From positions 1 to 64,000 of the IMG/VR virus record IMGVR_UViG_3300013132_000031: a DNA stretch of 64,000 bases; one strand, 5' to 3'. The notes under the pieces were generated by a model. That model did no database searches. It was given only the letters and a program-made list of their open reading frames with translations, and was not told the DNA's origin. The DNA is from a virus. Below are positions 8,766 to 17,626 of this stretch, in pieces. The translations under genes were made by a program, and so were the position numbers. Position 1 is the stretch's first letter; every line of letters starts with the position of its first letter.

Positions 8766-8855
8766 TTACTCAACCATCAAAATCAAAAACGTCAACAATA
8801 CTGCTAACATGGGATGGCCGAAAAACACTAGCATTAATACAGCCACCCAAGCCAT
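8766..8855 (-). CDS. Small hydrophobic membrane peptide, 29 aa
   Basis: MAWVAVLMLVFFGHPMLAVLLTFLILMVE*. Starts 1 nt after the ATPase stop. Confidence 0.5.
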   Translation of the reverse strand: MAWVAVLMLVFFGHPMLAVLLTFLILMVE

Positions 8856-8856
8856 A

Positions 8857-9885
8857 TTAGGCTGCCTTCATACATGTAGTTTCAGCCATGCGCTTCCAGT
8901 TGCCTTCAAAACTCTTGCGCAGGTCCGCAATCTTCAATGCCATGCGCAGACTCATCTCACGCAAGCGATTCTGATTTGTTTCCATAAACTCCACAATCTC
9001 GTCCTGCACACAGGGCTCAAAGTCATAGTCTGCAAACAGCACACCGTCTCGGGCAATCTGCTTGATACGGAGTACCTTGTCACGCATGGTGTCAAGTGTC
9101 AAGTCAAGATAGTGACAGCGACTTTGCAGTGCATCCAAGTGATCACGCAATTTTTGCGACTTCATACCATCAAACTTCAAGTTGGTGATAAAGATTACAG
9201 AGCCTTTGAACTCAAAGCCATCAGGGATGCCGTCACGACGCAGAGCACTAGATTCACTCAACCATGAAATGGTACGCTTTTTGCCGGAGTCCAATGCACC
9301 CTTCAACAAATTCAGGGCCACGTCGTCCAGTAGGATACTGTCACAGTCATCAAACACCAACACACAATTGGCATCAGAATACTTGTACAGGGTTTGGTAC
9401 AAGCCAATGGGTGTTGCTGAGCCTTTGACAACTTCGGCACGAAGGCGCTTGCCTGCCAATTTGTCAAACAAGGTGGCCTTTTCAATCTCTTGCTCAACAC
9501 CAAACGATTTGCCAACTCCGGGAGGGCCTGACACAATCATGGCGCGGATGTCACCGTTGACACAGGCCTTGGTCATCTCATGCAGGATGTCAAAACGCTC
9601 ACGAATACGTGTCATGATTTGTTCTTCTGTTTCAGCTTCTGCTTGGGGGGCAACGAATGCCACTGTATTTTCTTTGCTCACTGCTTCTCCATTGACATAC
9701 TCGATGTCGCTAATGTTGTTGACTCGGATACGGATAGTGTCGGGGCAGTTGGGAAATACACCGTTGTTTTCTACTGTCACGAAATTGCCTTTGGCGCCAG
9801 ATTGAAAGCCTGACACTAGATTGAAAGCGATGTTGCGCACGGGTCGGTTGCGATACTCACCTTTGATAACACGAATTGCACTCAT
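8857..9885 (-). CDS. AAA+/P-loop ATPase
   Basis: Walker A GPPGVGKS, Walker B LVFDDCD, IFITN sensor and ALQSR arginine finger. Confidence 0.85.
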   Translation of the reverse strand: MSAIRVIKGEYRNRPVRNIAFNLVSGFQSGAKGNFVTVENNGVFPNCPDTIRIRVNNISDIEYVNGEAVSKENTVAFVAPQAEAETEEQIMTRIRERFDILHEMTKACVNGDIRAMIVSGPPGVGKSFGVEQEIEKATLFDKLAGKRLRAEVVKGSATPIGLYQTLYKYSDANCVLVFDDCDSILLDDVALNLLKGALDSGKKRTISWLSESSALRRDGIPDGFEFKGSVIFITNLKFDGMKSQKLRDHLDALQSRCHYLDLTLDTMRDKVLRIKQIARDGVLFADYDFEPCVQDEIVEFMETNQNRLREMSLRMALKIADLRKSFEGNWKRMAETTCMKAA

Positions 9886-9928
9886 TGTTGGCTCCTTAGA
9901 AATGCGGTTGTTTACTGTTTATGTCTCT

Positions 9929-9957
9929 ATTATAGCAAATTGTGACTTATTCGTCAA
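9929..9957 (-). promoter_or_regulatory. Sigma70-type early promoter
   Basis: TTGACG-17-TATAAT with extended TG. Confidence 0.85.
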
Positions 9958-10129
9958 CCGGAGCAAACAGTTCTTGCCCTTGTTGCATAAAAACAACAAA
10001 CGCTTCCATTGTGCGCTCACTGTACATCATGCCACCATGTTGTTTGATGTCTTGCAGTGTTTCCAACAGGCCCATGCCCTGGAACTCTGCTTCTTTTTGT
10101 ATTTGTTTGATTGCTGTGGTGATCTGCAT
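9947..10129 (-). CDS. Small early hypothetical protein, 60 aa
   Basis: Start MQITTAIK with an AAGGAG SD and its own promoter. Confidence 0.7.
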   Translation of the reverse strand: MQITTAIKQIQKEAEFQGMGLLETLQDIKQHGGMMYSERTMEAFVVFMQQGQELFAPVDE

Positions 10130-10159
10130 TGCTGGCTCCTTTTTGCTTTGTATGCCATT

Positions 10160-10188
10160 ATTATAGCATTTCGGGAATATTCGGTCAA
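10160..10188 (-). promoter_or_regulatory. Sigma70-type early promoter
   Basis: TTGACC-17-TATAAT with extended TG. Confidence 0.85.
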
Positions 10189-10212
10189 CCAAAAAACAGT
10201 ACTACAAAAGTA

Positions 10213-10422
10213 TTACTTTTTGAACTGTTCAAAAAAGCGGGCGTTGATCTCGTCCATTTCTGCCTGCTCCACATAGAAGTCAGTAGCGGGATCGTAGTAC
10301 TGACCTTGTTTGTTGTCATAATACAACACACGACCTGAGAAGTTGAACGGACCTTCCAGTCCTGCACGAGCACTGTATCGGTTGCGCATGACGTCTATGG
10401 TGTCGACTACACGATATCCCAT
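10213..10422 (-). CDS. Small early hypothetical protein, 69 aa
   Basis: AAGGAG SD and its own promoter; LEGPF...LYYD..GQYYDP..D.Y pattern. Confidence 0.75.
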   Translation of the reverse strand: MGYRVVDTIDVMRNRYSARAGLEGPFNFSGRVLYYDNKQGQYYDPATDFYVEQAEMDEINARFFEQFKK

Positions 10423-10454
10423 TGCTGGCTCCTTTTTTTGTTTGGTATGCCACT

Positions 10455-10483
10455 AGTATAGCAGAATAGGATTTATTGGTCAA
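10455..10483 (-). promoter_or_regulatory. Sigma70-type early promoter
   Basis: TTGACC-17-TATACT with extended TG. Confidence 0.8.
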
Positions 10484-10497
10484 GTACTACCAAAGTA

Positions 10498-11241
10498 TTA
10501 CCGCCAAAAGTTTTGTATCACAGGATCATTTATTTCATGCGGCTTGGGACGTCCGTGAAATATCAACACACTGGCCTGGCTATTGAGCTTGGCACCACTG
10601 CCTGGGTTGATGGCTTTTCGTTGTTGGAAATTGTAACCACCGTCGGCCACTTCCCAGCGCCAACTTTGCACACGCGGTGTTTCAAAATATCTACGCCGAT
10701 TGTGATCAATCACCACACCTAAATAATCCTGATCACCTTGGTATTGACGCACAACATTGTCAATGGGTATCTTGCAAAAATCTTGCCATATGTGTTCAAA
10801 ATTTTTAGTGTTCCACCACATTATACTGCTGTTCATTCCTGTGTATGCTGATTTCTGTAGATATCTAAAGTCTTTTATGGTCCAAAAATAATCTGTGTGC
10901 AAGCACGGAATCCAAGACACATCATCAATAATGACCACATCCAAGTCCATGTACAACAAATTGCCCGAATAGTGCTCAGGATTGAACAACTGCATCTTGT
11001 ACCACCACTCGCGTTTGGGTCCTGCTATGCCTGGCCATTCTTGCAAGGCATGTTTTATCATATGATTGGGCACAGGTCTTGTGGCTTCGGTATACACATG
11101 AAAACGTATGCCATTGGGCAAATTACGGTTCAGCATGTTGTAGAGTTTTTCCACATATTGCCAGTCGTATCCTGTGCCGTGTATCACACAAGCACAATCA
11201 GTTATGCTGTCAACAGTGCGGGCTCGATTCTTTTTAGCCAT
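10498..11241 (-). CDS. GT-A glycosyltransferase (GT8-like)
   Basis: WWYKMQLF, YMDLDVVI (DxD), NSSIM, GDQDYL and IFHGRPKP. Confidence 0.8.
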   Translation of the reverse strand: MAKKNRARTVDSITDCACVIHGTGYDWQYVEKLYNMLNRNLPNGIRFHVYTEATRPVPNHMIKHALQEWPGIAGPKREWWYKMQLFNPEHYSGNLLYMDLDVVIIDDVSWIPCLHTDYFWTIKDFRYLQKSAYTGMNSSIMWWNTKNFEHIWQDFCKIPIDNVVRQYQGDQDYLGVVIDHNRRRYFETPRVQSWRWEVADGGYNFQQRKAINPGSGAKLNSQASVLIFHGRPKPHEINDPVIQNFWR

Positions 11242-12056
11242 AGTCCTTGTCTTAGTTCTTCCACAGTGTATTCAGTGTGGCATATTTTTGCCAACCACAA
11301 TTCTCTATCTACCGTGTAAGGTTGTTCAATGTCAGGCATGCCCACTGCCACAGGATATGCCAAACTGCTGTGTGCCACAATAGGCCTGCATCCTGCAATG
11401 CCTGCTTGTATGCCCGGTCCTGAGTTGTGGTTAACCACAGCGTGACAGTTGAAGTGCATGTCAAAACTGTCGTAGGTGTTGGCCACGGGTCTAACAACTT
11501 CCATCATGGTATTTTCAGGCATGTATGGCATACGCAGTGGGCTTCGTGGATGTGCTCTGATGCGTATGGGACGATCAGTTGAGTTGCGTAACTGTTGAAT
11601 TTGCATCAACACCCACGATTCCATGCTGCCTATGCCAGCCACTTGCAGGCTGTTTTGGTGTTGTGCGGCAATGATGATTTCTGGTCCAGGGTTAGTTTGT
11701 GTTGCCAGGCTTATTTGCAGTTTTCTAGGACGACTCATATCTAAATTGTGCTGGTGTCCATAGTAACCATCCCTGGTGACGTGGTTAACTGCCACTTTCC
11801 AAGTTTGTCCGCGATACAACGCACCAATGTCTATTACAATTACCGGTCGATGTTGACTGCGATAGTGTTCGTATACCCCTTGGTTGGGTCGCATTCGACC
11901 ATGCCACAACACTGACCAAATCACAGCAGCATCTGCAGTCATTGAATTCTCTTGTGTTTGTATGCCCGCGGCTTGGCAACAATCCAAGAATGCACTCATC
12001 ACAGGCTTGGAATTCAATGCACATTGGGCAGGAAAATAGGCTATGCTTTTGATCAC
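11202..12056 (-). CDS. KpsS/KpsC-like (capsule synthesis) glycosyltransferase 1
   Basis: IRAHP and VVNHNSGPGIQAGIAG. Likely GTG start at 12056. Confidence 0.65.
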   Translation of the reverse strand: MIKSIAYFPAQCALNSKPVMSAFLDCCQAAGIQTQENSMTADAAVIWSVLWHGRMRPNQGVYEHYRSQHRPVIVIDIGALYRGQTWKVAVNHVTRDGYYGHQHNLDMSRPRKLQISLATQTNPGPEIIIAAQHQNSLQVAGIGSMESWVLMQIQQLRNSTDRPIRIRAHPRSPLRMPYMPENTMMEVVRPVANTYDSFDMHFNCHAVVNHNSGPGIQAGIAGCRPIVAHSSLAYPVAVGMPDIEQPYTVDRELWLAKICHTEYTVEELRQGLWLKRIEPALLTA

Positions 12057-12058
12057 TG

Positions 12059-12064
12059 TAAATA
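12059..12064 (+). promoter_or_regulatory. T4-late-like promoter TAAATA
   Basis: TAAATA 5 nt before the ATG at 12070. Confidence 0.55.
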
Positions 12065-12069
12065 CGCTT

Positions 12070-12870
12070 ATGAAATACACTGTAGTTACCACTTTCAACG
12101 CCGAAGGTTACAACAATTACGGTGCCAGAATGATTGAAACGTTTTTGGCCACGTGGCCCAACACTGTTGAACTACTGGTGTATGCTGAAGATTGTACGGT
12201 GCCAACTCAAGCCAGCAACTTTCAAGTAATTGATTTGCACACTGCCAGTCCTGAATTGGTGGCATTCAAACAGCGTTATCATCTGGATCCCAGAGCCAAT
12301 GGACAAAGTCCAGATCCCAAACGACGTGATGCTCACAAACCATTCAAATGGCATGCCATAAGATTCAGTCACAAAGTCTACAGCATCATGGCTGCTGCCA
12401 AAACGACCAATGCAGATTGGTTGATATGGATGGATGCTGACATGGTGTGTCATACTGCCATAATGCAACAAGATCTTGACCGTATGTTGCCCGCGGATCG
12501 TGATTTGTGTTTTTTGGGTCGTGCAAACAAATTCAGCGAATGTGGACTGTACGGCATGAACTTGCGATCGCCTGCCACACAAGATTTTTTACAAAAATTC
12601 CAACGCATGTATGATCAAGCCGAAACAGGAATTTTTACATTGATAGAATGGCATGACAGTTTTGTGTTTGATGCTGTGAGAAAACAATGTGCTTTGAAAG
12701 AATTAGACTGGACCGGACACATGATCACTGGCGAAGGCCATCCCTTGGTCAACTGCGAATGGGGTCGCTGGCTGGACCATCTCAAAGGCGCAAGGAAAAA
12801 CAGCGGACAAAGCTGGGCCAAAGATTTTAAAATTCCCAGGTCTGAAAGTTATTGGCGCAACATCAAATGA
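12070..12870 (+). CDS. GT-A nucleotide-diphospho-sugar transferase
   Basis: RFSHKVYSI, LIWMDADM (DxD), WHDS and DHLKG. Confidence 0.75.
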   Translation: MKYTVVTTFNAEGYNNYGARMIETFLATWPNTVELLVYAEDCTVPTQASNFQVIDLHTASPELVAFKQRYHLDPRANGQSPDPKRRDAHKPFKWHAIRFSHKVYSIMAAAKTTNADWLIWMDADMVCHTAIMQQDLDRMLPADRDLCFLGRANKFSECGLYGMNLRSPATQDFLQKFQRMYDQAETGIFTLIEWHDSFVFDAVRKQCALKELDWTGHMITGEGHPLVNCEWGRWLDHLKGARKNSGQSWAKDFKIPRSESYWRNIK

Positions 12871-13691
12871 CCAACTGGATCTATCTCAGCAAAAAAGGCG
12901 ACGATGAATACATGGACTTGTTGGCTCAGGGTGCTGGCACACAGCCCACTGAGTTAGAAACTTGGCAGTACGAATCCAGCACTGATCCTTTGGTGTTGCG
13001 TGGCATCATGAAACACAAGATCATCAAACAGTGCTGGCAAGACAGTCGTAGATTTAGATACATGGATTCTGGCTATCTAGGCAATCGTCCCAGTTATCAA
13101 AATCCACATGGATGGAAACACTGGCATCGCATAGTGGACAACGATCTGCAACACAACACTGTGTTGCCCAGACCCAGTGACCGTTGGAATCGACTGGGCA
13201 TTGAACTGCATGCTCGACGCCGTGGCAGCAAGATTCTAATTGTAGCGCCAGATGAAAAACCCTGTGTGTTTTACGGCATTGAATTGGCTGCCTGGCTGCA
13301 ACAAACCACAGATACCATCAAGACATTTACTGATAGACCCATAGAAATTCGTGATCGTGCTCGCAGTCGTACCAGTCGTAAAACCAACACGGTGGAACAT
13401 GCTTTGCAAGATGTACATGCTGTGGTCACATTCAATTCCATAGCTGCCACTGAAAGTGTGATTGCCGGCGTGCCTGTGTTTGTGCTGGCTCCATGCAATG
13501 CTGCTCGTCCCATGGCCAATGTCAGTCTTGATCGCATAGACGATCCCTGGTTTCCCAATCACGACGCCAGGCTGGCCTGGGCACATCATTTGGCCTATGG
13601 GCAATTTCACATTGATGAATTAAAAAATGGCACTGCTCTAAGGATATTGAAACAGACCGAAGAGCTGATGCTGGACAAAATAGATCAATAA
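12867..13691 (+). CDS. KpsS/KpsC-like glycosyltransferase 2
   Basis: MDSGYLG, VVTFNSIAATESVIAGVPVF and HLAYGQF. ATGA coupling. Confidence 0.7.
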   Translation: MTNWIYLSKKGDDEYMDLLAQGAGTQPTELETWQYESSTDPLVLRGIMKHKIIKQCWQDSRRFRYMDSGYLGNRPSYQNPHGWKHWHRIVDNDLQHNTVLPRPSDRWNRLGIELHARRRGSKILIVAPDEKPCVFYGIELAAWLQQTTDTIKTFTDRPIEIRDRARSRTSRKTNTVEHALQDVHAVVTFNSIAATESVIAGVPVFVLAPCNAARPMANVSLDRIDDPWFPNHDARLAWAHHLAYGQFHIDELKNGTALRILKQTEELMLDKIDQ

Positions 13692-13725
13692 ATAGGCAAG
13701 AAATAAAAATTCTTTAAGGAACAAT

Positions 13726-14385
13726 ATGTATCAAAAGCACGAATGGTGGTTTCCCGATGGAGAAACTCATTTCCCAAAAATGCTAGAAAAAAGTGTCAGC
13801 AAAGGGCTTCCCCCTGAATATCAAGTGGCTGTGAGGCAACTGAGTATGAAGTTTTGTAAACAACGGGGACTGGCATTGGACATTGGTGCCAACGTTGGTT
13901 TATGGTCACGGGACCTGTGCAAAGAGTTTGACACAGTGATAGCTGTGGAACCTGTCAAACAGTTTCGTGAATGCTTGACCCGCAATGTGCCTGCGAAAAA
14001 TTTCACTGTGGTCAATTGTGCGTTGGGAGCCGAAAATTCTTGGATTGACATGGTAATTGATAAAGACAACTCAGGTCACAGTCATGTGAACACACAAACC
14101 ATGGGACAAGGACAAATACAAATGATGACCCTGGATGAGTACATGGAAACCATTGAACGTCCCAAAGTGGACTATGTAAAAATTGACTGCGAAGGTTACG
14201 AATATCAAATCATCCAAGGCGGCAAGCAAACACTGACCAGAGACCGTCCCATCATGGTAGTAGAAGACAAGAAACACCAGGATGTGGGTCATGTGTTTTA
14301 CGATCGTGCCATAGCCACATTGATATCTTGGGGAGCCAAAGAACTGGGTCGTGTCAGAGCCGATGTGATATTGGGATGGTCATGA
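13726..14385 (+). CDS. FkbM-family methyltransferase
   Basis: ALDIGANVGLWS, VEP and KIDCEGYE. TAAATA at 13689 and an AAGGA SD. Confidence 0.9.
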   Translation: MYQKHEWWFPDGETHFPKMLEKSVSKGLPPEYQVAVRQLSMKFCKQRGLALDIGANVGLWSRDLCKEFDTVIAVEPVKQFRECLTRNVPAKNFTVVNCALGAENSWIDMVIDKDNSGHSHVNTQTMGQGQIQMMTLDEYMETIERPKVDYVKIDCEGYEYQIIQGGKQTLTRDRPIMVVEDKKHQDVGHVFYDRAIATLISWGAKELGRVRADVILGWS

Positions 14386-14939
14386 TAGATCCAGCATATC
14401 AATTACAACTTCGCGAATTGCATGGTCAAAATCGTTTTGATCGAGGTCGAAAAACCTATGGCATAGTAAAAGATTTTATACGCACTTACCGGCCAGTCAC
14501 TGTGTTGGATTTTGGTTGCAGCCAAGGTGGACTGATGTCAGTGATCAATCAAGAACATCCTGACATAAAAACCACTGGATATGATCCAGGTGTGCCTGAA
14601 TATCAACACTGGACTGGGCAATTGGTAGACGCTGTGATCAGCACAGATGCCATAGAACACATAGAACCTCAGCATCTCACAGAGACTTTGATCAAAATAA
14701 ATTCAGTCATGCGGATGGGTGCTTGTTTTCGTATTGCTTGTTACCCAGCCAAAAAGTTCTTGCCTGATGGGCGCAATTGCCATCTCACTGTGCAGCATCC
14801 TGACTGGTGGAGACAACAACTGTTGACTCACATGCAGGTGTCAATTGCCAAAGAAACTGTGAGTGTGGTAGATGAACGTCACAAATGGTCGCATGTGGTG
14901 GGTCACAATTACGATGTGGTCTTGGTCAAAAAACCTTAA
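14382..14939 (+). CDS. Class I SAM methyltransferase
   Basis: VLDFGCSQG, GYDPG, STDAIEHIEP and DGRNCHL. ATGA coupling. Confidence 0.8.
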   Translation: MIDPAYQLQLRELHGQNRFDRGRKTYGIVKDFIRTYRPVTVLDFGCSQGGLMSVINQEHPDIKTTGYDPGVPEYQHWTGQLVDAVISTDAIEHIEPQHLTETLIKINSVMRMGACFRIACYPAKKFLPDGRNCHLTVQHPDWWRQQLLTHMQVSIAKETVSVVDERHKWSHVVGHNYDVVLVKKP

Positions 14940-15875
14940 TTATTTTTTTATCAACGGCAAAAATTTCTGGTAGATTCTACCAGTGCGGCCGTCTTCGTCA
15001 CTCCAGTGTGCCGCAGCCAAATCATACAACCACTGCTCGCGCTCAAACTGTTTGGGATTTTCTATGTTGTTGATGGCATGATTGGCCACTTGCCAACTCA
15101 CACAACTTTGATCATCCACAAACACAGGAATGCCTTGTAGCACCGCAGCCACGCTGGCGCTGCTGTTGAAAAATACAGCACTGTGAGCTCCTGCAAGATT
15201 GTTCAACAATGATGTGTTCACACAGTCTAGCACATGCACATTCATTTTTTGAAAATATTTGGTACGGCGAAATGGATCAAAATCTACAGCTCGATAGTCC
15301 CCAGGATGTGGTCTTATGTAGATTGTTCTGTTGGACACTTGACGAATCTGTGAGATTTTTTCTGCCAGCCATGTCATGGGCTGCAGACTTTTCATTGCAA
15401 AGCCGCCATCACGTTGCATGCAAATCAACACATGGCCGTTTTTTGCACTGTTGTACGGCTGCATACCTACTCCCACTGCGGCACTGATTTCTTGCCATTT
15501 GTGTGCAGTGCTGTTGGCATTGGCATACTCAGCACGATCATAAAATGGACCATTCAAGCTGTATCTTAGATAGGTTCCGGCATTGTCAAGATATTTCCAA
15601 CACGAAGCATCAATGCACAAAGTATGGAAACCTCTGCGTTGTTGTTCGGCAATGATTTGTTTGCGTAGAGTTATATTGGGACCACCAGTGTTGGTGGTAG
15701 CCCATCCCAGTATCACCGCCAATCGACTGGGTCGATACTGTGTGTCCCATTCTGTGATCACAGTGTCGCCTGTGGCTACCACACCCTGTGCAAAATTTTC
15801 CAAACAAGAAATTTTACGTGGATGCTTGCGTGGATTGGCCACACTGCTTATGTAAACTGTGCAGTCAGTGGTCAT
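14940..15875 (-). CDS. KpsS/KpsC-like glycosyltransferase 3
   Basis: IRPHP and AVFFNSSASVAAVLQGIPVF. Confidence 0.65.
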   Translation of the reverse strand: MTTDCTVYISSVANPRKHPRKISCLENFAQGVVATGDTVITEWDTQYRPSRLAVILGWATTNTGGPNITLRKQIIAEQQRRGFHTLCIDASCWKYLDNAGTYLRYSLNGPFYDRAEYANANSTAHKWQEISAAVGVGMQPYNSAKNGHVLICMQRDGGFAMKSLQPMTWLAEKISQIRQVSNRTIYIRPHPGDYRAVDFDPFRRTKYFQKMNVHVLDCVNTSLLNNLAGAHSAVFFNSSASVAAVLQGIPVFVDDQSCVSWQVANHAINNIENPKQFEREQWLYDLAAAHWSDEDGRTGRIYQKFLPLIKK

Positions 15876-16941
15876 TCAATATTCTCCAGGCAGTGCCATC
15901 TCTCATGTCTTGCTCTGTGAACTGACAGTAGGCCAAATGCGCTGCCCATTCTTCAACTTCATCCATGGTGGGTATGTTGAGATCTTCAATGGCCGACACT
16001 GTCCGGCTGCACAAACTCTGCGCAGCATTGGGTCCTAGTGTTATGGCCGGTTTACCAAACAACAATGCTTCTGTGGCAGCAATGCTTGAAAATGTGATCA
16101 AACAATGTATGTCATTGCTCAGAGCCATTTCCATGGTATCTGTATTCACACGCACACTCCGACTTTGTTTGCGTCTCACAACAACTTCTCGATCAGTGTA
16201 AGCATTGATTTCTGCTTGCACTGATTCTAGCCAGGTGTCCAAATTGATGTCATAGAGATTCAGCAGCTTTTGGCTGGGAGGTGCCAACAAAATTTTACTG
16301 CCGCGAGAGAACTTCTTGGGTTGCCACCCAGTGGCTGCCAGGCGGTCTCTAGGTCGAGATATAACCGGCCCAACGTTTTGAACGTCATTGCGTGTGATAC
16401 GGTGATAGAGTTTTTTCTTGCCGTTGCCAAAATATCCAGTGTCGATGTAATAAAAATCTCGTCCTACTTCACGGCATGCGTTCATTTCTTTGCGTTTGGT
16501 TATACCACGCAACACTGCTGGGACCGCTGCACTTTGGCTCTTGGCCCATGTGGTAATTTGTCCGCCACAGCCTTGAACAAAACTTTGCAAAATAGGGTCA
16601 AACATTTGACCTTTCCTTTCATATCTATATTCACTGTCTATGGCATGTACAGTTTGGGTGTCTAATGCTTGTATTTTTTCAGTCAACACTTCCAAACTCA
16701 ATCCATAATAGTCGCCTGCTGGGTCCACACGATATTTGATTAAATCTCTGAACAGTTGTGCCAGTGCTGGTGGCACCATGTCCAGTTCATGCTGGGGCAG
16801 TGGTGCTAGTTGTTGTTCTAGTTCTAGTTCTGGTGCCACTACATCTAGTTCTTGTTCAGGCAGTGGTGCTAGTTGTTGTTCTAGTTCTGGTGCAACTACA
16901 TCTAGTTCTTGTTCAGGCAGTGGGTTTTGTTCTTGTTCCAT
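15865..16941 (-). CDS. KpsS/KpsC-like glycosyltransferase 4 with acidic N-terminal repeats
   Basis: IDTGYFG, LITFSSIAATEALLFGKPAI and HLAYCQF. Confidence 0.7.
   Translation of the reverse strand: MEQEQNPLPEQELDVVAPELEQQLAPLPEQELDVVAPELELEQQLAPLPQHELDMVPPALAQLFRDLIKYRVDPAGDYYGLSLEVLTEKIQALDTQTVHAIDSEYRYERKGQMFDPILQSFVQGCGGQITTWAKSQSAAVPAVLRGITKRKEMNACREVGRDFYYIDTGYFGNGKKKLYHRITRNDVQNVGPVISRPRDRLAATGWQPKKFSRGSKILLAPPSQKLLNLYDINLDTWLESVQAEINAYTDREVVVRRKQSRSVRVNTDTMEMALSNDIHCLITFSSIAATEALLFGKPAITLGPNAAQSLCSRTVSAIEDLNIPTMDEVEEWAAHLAYCQFTEQDMRDGTAWRILNDH
16771..16923 (-). repeat. In-frame tandem repeat, about 2.5 units of 57-63 bp
   Basis: Encodes PLPEQELDVVAPELEQQLA, PLPEQELDVVAPELELEQQLA and PLPQHELDMV. 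Confidence 0.85.
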
Positions 16942-17626
16942 GTGATGTTCTTTGCTGACAGTAGTCAGTTAGTAGTCTTTCCTTGTGCCAATCTTCTGCA
17001 AAATCTCCTGCATTAGCAAACTCATGAAAGCAAGGTGTGCCCAAGGTATAGTGTACCAATTTGGCCAGGGGATTCCATTCATATTCGACATCCAACCAAT
17101 TCCATTCTGGGGGCAGTTCTCCAATGCGCTCATCTTCTATCCAGGAGAATCTGTGCAGTTCTGCACCTGTTGATTTCTGTACAAACTCAGGAGTTAATTT
17201 TCGATTAGGAAAACTGTTGCAGTTCCATAGTATGACACTTGACCAGTTCTTGCGTGGATAATCTTCGTTCTTTGAACCTAGATACTTTTCGGTCATGCAT
17301 GTTTTGTAATCATGCTTGACTACCATGACATCTTTGAAAGGATTTTGTAAGTTCCACAGTTTGACAATGTCGTCACGTAGGATCATGTCGCCGTCAATGA
17401 ATATGGCCCAGCCGTGGTAATCCATCAGGTGCGGTACAAGAAAGCGGCTGTAGATAAATTGATTGCTGCCGTCAGTGTGTGTTTCGTCGTAGTCCCGGAA
17501 CAAGTTCAAAGCCACAGGAACGATGGCTACTGGCCTACTGGCATGTCTAATGATTGAATTCACGCATGTGTGATATGCAATGGCTTCTCGTGGATCGTAT
17601 CCCACAAAAACAGGAATTGGTGTCAT
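16913..17626 (-). CDS. GT-A glycosyltransferase (GT8-like)
   Basis: VFVGYDPRE, SRFLVP, FIDGDM, YPRKNWSS and HYTLGTP. Confidence 0.85.
   Translation of the reverse strand: MTPIPVFVGYDPREAIAYHTCVNSIIRHASRPVAIVPVALNLFRDYDETHTDGSNQFIYSRFLVPHLMDYHGWAIFIDGDMILRDDIVKLWNLQNPFKDVMVVKHDYKTCMTEKYLGSKNEDYPRKNWSSVILWNCNSFPNRKLTPEFVQKSTGAELHRFSWIEDERIGELPPEWNWLDVEYEWNPLAKLVHYTLGTPCFHEFANAGDFAEDWHKERLLTDYCQQRTSHGTRTKPTA

Noticed and set aside
12056-14940. Invertible (phase-variable) segment
   Set aside because: No flanking inverted repeats or recombinase were seen; kept only as an orientation oddity.
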